DNA of 64,000 nucleotides from Chlamydiota bacterium (GTDB lineage Bacteria; Chlamydiota; Chlamydiia; Chlamydiales; JAAZZY01): NCBI GenBank assembly GCA_022601345.1, contig JAJACU010000010.1, positions 21,758 to 85,757 of the forward strand, read 5' to 3'. Shown piece by piece: positions 60,476 to 64,000 of this stretch (position 1 is its first letter; each line of letters starts with the position of its first letter). The notes under the pieces were generated by a model. It saw only the letters and a program-made list of their open reading frames with translations, ran no database searches and was not told where the DNA came from. The position numbers and the translations under genes were made by a program.

Positions 60476-63400
60476 ATGCGTCAGTGGAAATCTCTTATTT
60501 ATATTCTTATTTGTTTAATCGCACTAGAACCTCTAGAAGCACTTGCGACTGTTCAAGGAACTGTGCGTGATAAAAATACACAGGCCGCCATTGCAGGAGC
60601 TACTGTTAAAGCTTTTAGGAATAATAAGCTCCGCGGAACAGCAACAACGCAAGCTGATGGGTCCTACTCTATGGATTTACAGCCAGGCAACAACTACAAT
60701 ATTGTTGCAACAGCCACAAATTACCAATCAAAAGCCATTGGTGCAAAGTTAAAAAATGGTAATACCAAAACTATTAACTTTAACCTTTTGCCCACAGGAG
60801 GAACAATTGATGGAAATGTTCAAAGTGAGCTTGGTGGACCTATTAATAATGCAACTATACAAGTTTTCCAAGGGCCATTTCTAATTGCAACGACTACAAC
60901 AGATATAAATGGAGACTACAACGTCCCTAATATTGCCAAAGGGTTCTATTTTATTGTCGCCTCAGCTACTTCTCATAGAACCGCATATAAAGGAACTTTT
61001 GTAAAACAAGGCCAAATTTCAACAGTAGATTTTAACTTAAGCTCAACCTCAGGAACTCTCCAGGGAAAAGTAATAGATTTAGCTACTACGGATCCTATTG
61101 AGGGTGCTTTTATTGAAGCTATTAGTAAAGGGGTTGTTATTTCCAGCTCTACAGAAACTGATGCAAATGGTGATTACTCCATAACTGGACTCGCCCCTGG
61201 AATGTATAGCGTCAATGCTATGGCAGAGAATTATGAAGAAGAAATTAAAGGAGCTAAAATCAGTGTAGGGCAAACCACTACGCTAAATTTTGAGCTCGAG
61301 CAGAACCCGGGAGAGATACAAGGGACAGTAACAGATGCATTGACAACTGATCCTATACAAGGGGCTAAAATTCGTATTTTTCAAGGTACAAGCTTAATTG
61401 CGACAACATTAACAGATGAAGCAGGGTTCTATTCTGTCGACACTCTTGCTCCTGATTCATACACCGTATCTGTAATTGCAACAGATTACCAAGATAAAAT
61501 CGAAGGAGCTGTTGTATCTGCTGGAGAAATTACTGTTGTGAACTTCGCCCTCAATCCACAGCCTGGAACAGTAGAGGGAACTGTTACGGATAAAGCTTCG
61601 GCCAACCCGATAGCTGGAGCTAAAATTATTATTTATCAAGGCACAAATATTGTCGCATCAACTATTACTGATGAGGTTGGATTCTATTCAGTTGAAACAT
61701 TAGCACCCGGAAGTTACTTAATAACAGCAAATTCTTCTGGCTATCAAGAAAAAATAGAAGGTGTCCTTGTTAGTGCTAATACCACCACTACAGTGGATTT
61801 TAAACTTGTAGCTAATCCAGGTATTCTAAACGGAACCGTTACCATTTTTGGAACACAAGATCCTATTGTAGGAGCTGAAGTTAGGGTATTTAAAGGCTCT
61901 AATTTGATAGCCTCTGTATTAACTGATAATACAGGTTTTTACTCTATTGATACTTTAGCACCTGGAAACTATAAAGTGGTTGCACTAGCCCGTAACTACC
62001 AAAAAAAAGTCATGGGTGCAAAAATTGTAAATGGGGAAACGACGACGACTAATTTTGCATTAAAAACAAACCCAGGAAGCCTAAAAGGAACTGTAACTGA
62101 CAAAGACACATCAAACCCTATCTCAAGCGCTACTCTAAAAATATTTAAAGGTTCGACACTTATAGCCACTTCTTTAACAAATGCTGCCGGTTTTTATCAA
62201 ATTAACAAGTTGCCACCTTCTACATACACAGCGGTTGCCTCTAAATTTGGTTACCAAGATAGGATGCGAGGAGCTAAAATTAAGGCTGGAGAAGTAAATA
62301 CTCTTAATTTCAAATTAAATCCCAATCCAGGATCAATTAATGGAACAATTACAGACAAAGATACGACAGACCCTATTCCTGGAGCTGAAGTAGAAATCTA
62401 CCAAGGAATAAACCTTATTGCTTCAGCAATTACCGACTCATTAGGATTTTACTCTATAGATACCTTAGCACCTGGAAGCTATATTGTCCTTGGAACTGCC
62501 GATGGCTACCAAGAAAAAGCAGTTGGTGCAACAGTGGAAGCAGGCGATACTACCACTGTCAACTTAGCTCTATCTTCTTCTCCTGGCACACTAAATGGAA
62601 CTGTAACTGACGCTGAAACTTTATCAGCAGTGTCAGGAGCAGAAATTCAGGTATTCCAAGGAACAACTCTAATTGCTACGACTCTAACAAATAATGTTGG
62701 TTTTTATGAAATCAGCACCTTGGCTCCTGAGAAATATATTGTATCAGCAACAGCAGATGGCTATCAGGAAAAAATGCAAAGCATTACTATTATTGCAGAT
62801 CAGATATCTACTCTTGACTTTGCTCTTAGTTCAAATCCTGGAACTTTAGAAGGAACTGTAATAGATGCTGATACTCAAAATCCTATTGCAGGTACTTCTA
62901 TAGACATTTTTAAAGGAGCCACTATTATTGCCAATGGAATAACAGATGATGAAGGTTTTTATTCTGTGAACTCCTTACCTACAGGCTCTTACATCCTTGT
63001 TGCAACCGCGGCAGGATATCAACAAAAAATTACAGGAGCTATTATAACGTCTAATGAAACAACTACAGTAGACTTTGTTCTTGAAACTCGTCCAGGCACT
63101 ATAGGTGGTAATGTCAATGATGCCGTAACAACAAACCCTATTGAGGGGGCTGAAATTCGCATATTCAAAAGAGCCAACTTAATTGCTTCCACTTTAACTG
63201 ACTTAAATGGAGATTATTTAGTTAATTTTCTATCACCTGACACGTATTTTGAATTAGCCACTGCTGAAAGTTACCAAGGGTCAGCTAGGAGTGCCACAGT
63301 AGATCCAAACGAAACCACTGAAGTAAATTTCTCTTTAGAATCTACGCCTGGTCCAGGTGCCATCGAAGGAATCATTACTGATAATCTAACCCAAGAGCCT

Positions 63401-64000
63401 TTATCTTCAGTCTTAGTACAAGTTTACAAAGATACAACGCTTATCGATACAACATTCTCTGGTGCAGGTGGCTCATATAATATATCTCTTTTAGAACCGG
63501 ACACCTATATAGTTACAGCGATTATTGAAGACTATCAACAGGAATTTGCAACAGCCATTGTAACTGCTGATAATACCACAATTGTAAATTTCGCATTAGA
63601 TGCTTCCCCTGGAACGATATATGGAAAAGTAACAGATGAGCGCACTACTGAACCCTTGCCAGGAACGAGTATTGAAATATTTTCCGATGGCAATTTAATC
63701 AGAGCAGAGCTAACAGATTCAGAAGGAAACTATTTAGTCTCGTCCCTTGCTGCAGGAGACTATACTGTGACCGCAATAAATGACAACTTTTCACCTGAAT
63801 CTAAAACAGCTACCGTTTTGCAAAACCAGTTGACACAGCTAAATTTTCAACTTGGAGAAGGCCCGGCTCCCGTCAGAGATTTATCAGCTGAAATTATCTA
63901 TAATGAACTTGTAACCATACTAGATATTACCCATAGGTTGCGCTGGAAAACAAGCACCTCTCCAAATATTGAAAGCTATCGTATTTACCGTAATGGATTA
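60476..64000 (+). CDS. Partial large surface protein: 13 carboxypeptidase-regulatory-like repeats plus an Fn3-like domain, at least 1175 aa
   Basis: Not in the ORF track. ATG at 60476, signal peptide MRQWKSLIYILICLIALEPLEA; ~85 aa repeats (PGTxxGTVTD...PIxGAxI.IFQG...TDxxGFYSIxTLAPGxY); then PAPVRDL...HRLRWKTSTSPNIESYRIYRNG running off the window. Confidence 0.9.
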   Translation, partial: MRQWKSLIYILICLIALEPLEALATVQGTVRDKNTQAAIAGATVKAFRNNKLRGTATTQADGSYSMDLQPGNNYNIVATATNYQSKAIGAKLKNGNTKTINFNLLPTGGTIDGNVQSELGGPINNATIQVFQGPFLIATTTTDINGDYNVPNIAKGFYFIVASATSHRTAYKGTFVKQGQISTVDFNLSSTSGTLQGKVIDLATTDPIEGAFIEAISKGVVISSSTETDANGDYSITGLAPGMYSVNAMAENYEEEIKGAKISVGQTTTLNFELEQNPGEIQGTVTDALTTDPIQGAKIRIFQGTSLIATTLTDEAGFYSVDTLAPDSYTVSVIATDYQDKIEGAVVSAGEITVVNFALNPQPGTVEGTVTDKASANPIAGAKIIIYQGTNIVASTITDEVGFYSVETLAPGSYLITANSSGYQEKIEGVLVSANTTTTVDFKLVANPGILNGTVTIFGTQDPIVGAEVRVFKGSNLIASVLTDNTGFYSIDTLAPGNYKVVALARNYQKKVMGAKIVNGETTTTNFALKTNPGSLKGTVTDKDTSNPISSATLKIFKGSTLIATSLTNAAGFYQINKLPPSTYTAVASKFGYQDRMRGAKIKAGEVNTLNFKLNPNPGSINGTITDKDTTDPIPGAEVEIYQGINLIASAITDSLGFYSIDTLAPGSYIVLGTADGYQEKAVGATVEAGDTTTVNLALSSSPGTLNGTVTDAETLSAVSGAEIQVFQGTTLIATTLTNNVGFYEISTLAPEKYIVSATADGYQEKMQSITIIADQISTLDFALSSNPGTLEGTVIDADTQNPIAGTSIDIFKGATIIANGITDDEGFYSVNSLPTGSYILVATAAGYQQKITGAIITSNETTTVDFVLETRPGTIGGNVNDAVTTNPIEGAEIRIFKRANLIASTLTDLNGDYLVNFLSPDTYFELATAESYQGSARSATVDPNETTEVNFSLESTPGPGAIEGIITDNLTQEPLSSVLVQVYKDTTLIDTTFSGAGGSYNISLLEPDTYIVTAIIEDYQQEFATAIVTADNTTIVNFALDASPGTIYGKVTDERTTEPLPGTSIEIFSDGNLIRAELTDSEGNYLVSSLAAGDYTVTAINDNFSPESKTATVLQNQLTQLNFQLGEGPAPVRDLSAEIIYNELVTILDITHRLRWKTSTSPNIESYRIYRNGL
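60548..63860 (+). repeat. 13 diverged ~255-bp coding repeats
   Basis: A recurring cc(a/t)gga anchor about every 255 bp (e.g. 61307, 61562, 61817, 62072, 62327). Confidence 0.85.

Noticed and set aside
60543-61639. Short track ORFs 60543..60752, 61079..61273, 61457..61639
   Set aside because: They lie inside the long plus-strand CDS starting at 60476.

Overview
AT-rich bacterial DNA, most likely from an environmental Chlamydiota genome (inferred from an OmcA-like Cys-rich lipoprotein, a CopB/SctE-like translocator, and ankyrin, TPR and MORN proteins). Left to right: (1) 1-6779, a minus-strand cluster of five type III secretion substrate-like genes: a partial translocator missed by the ORF track, two proteins with EspA/SseB/Bsp22-like architecture, and two related helical proteins. 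Four of the five have a perfect TTGACA-N17-TATAAT promoter. (2) An OmpR-family regulator, TPR genes, an ankyrin gene sitting between a decayed and an intact EamA copy, and a TPR-vWA-rsmD operon. (3) 19254-26361, a chaperone-usher-like pilus locus with six pilin-like genes. (4) A MORN-repeat protein and three eukaryote-like multi-C2H2 zinc-finger genes with PY-NLS-like motifs and a shared promoter cassette. (5) omcA-like and pgeF. (6) A ~24 kb nucleotide-sugar/glycosylation island. (7) eno, then a small beta-barrel gene and a partial 13-repeat surface protein also missed by the track. I saw no rRNA, tRNA, CRISPR array or IS element. All family assignments are by eye from motifs; no searches were run.
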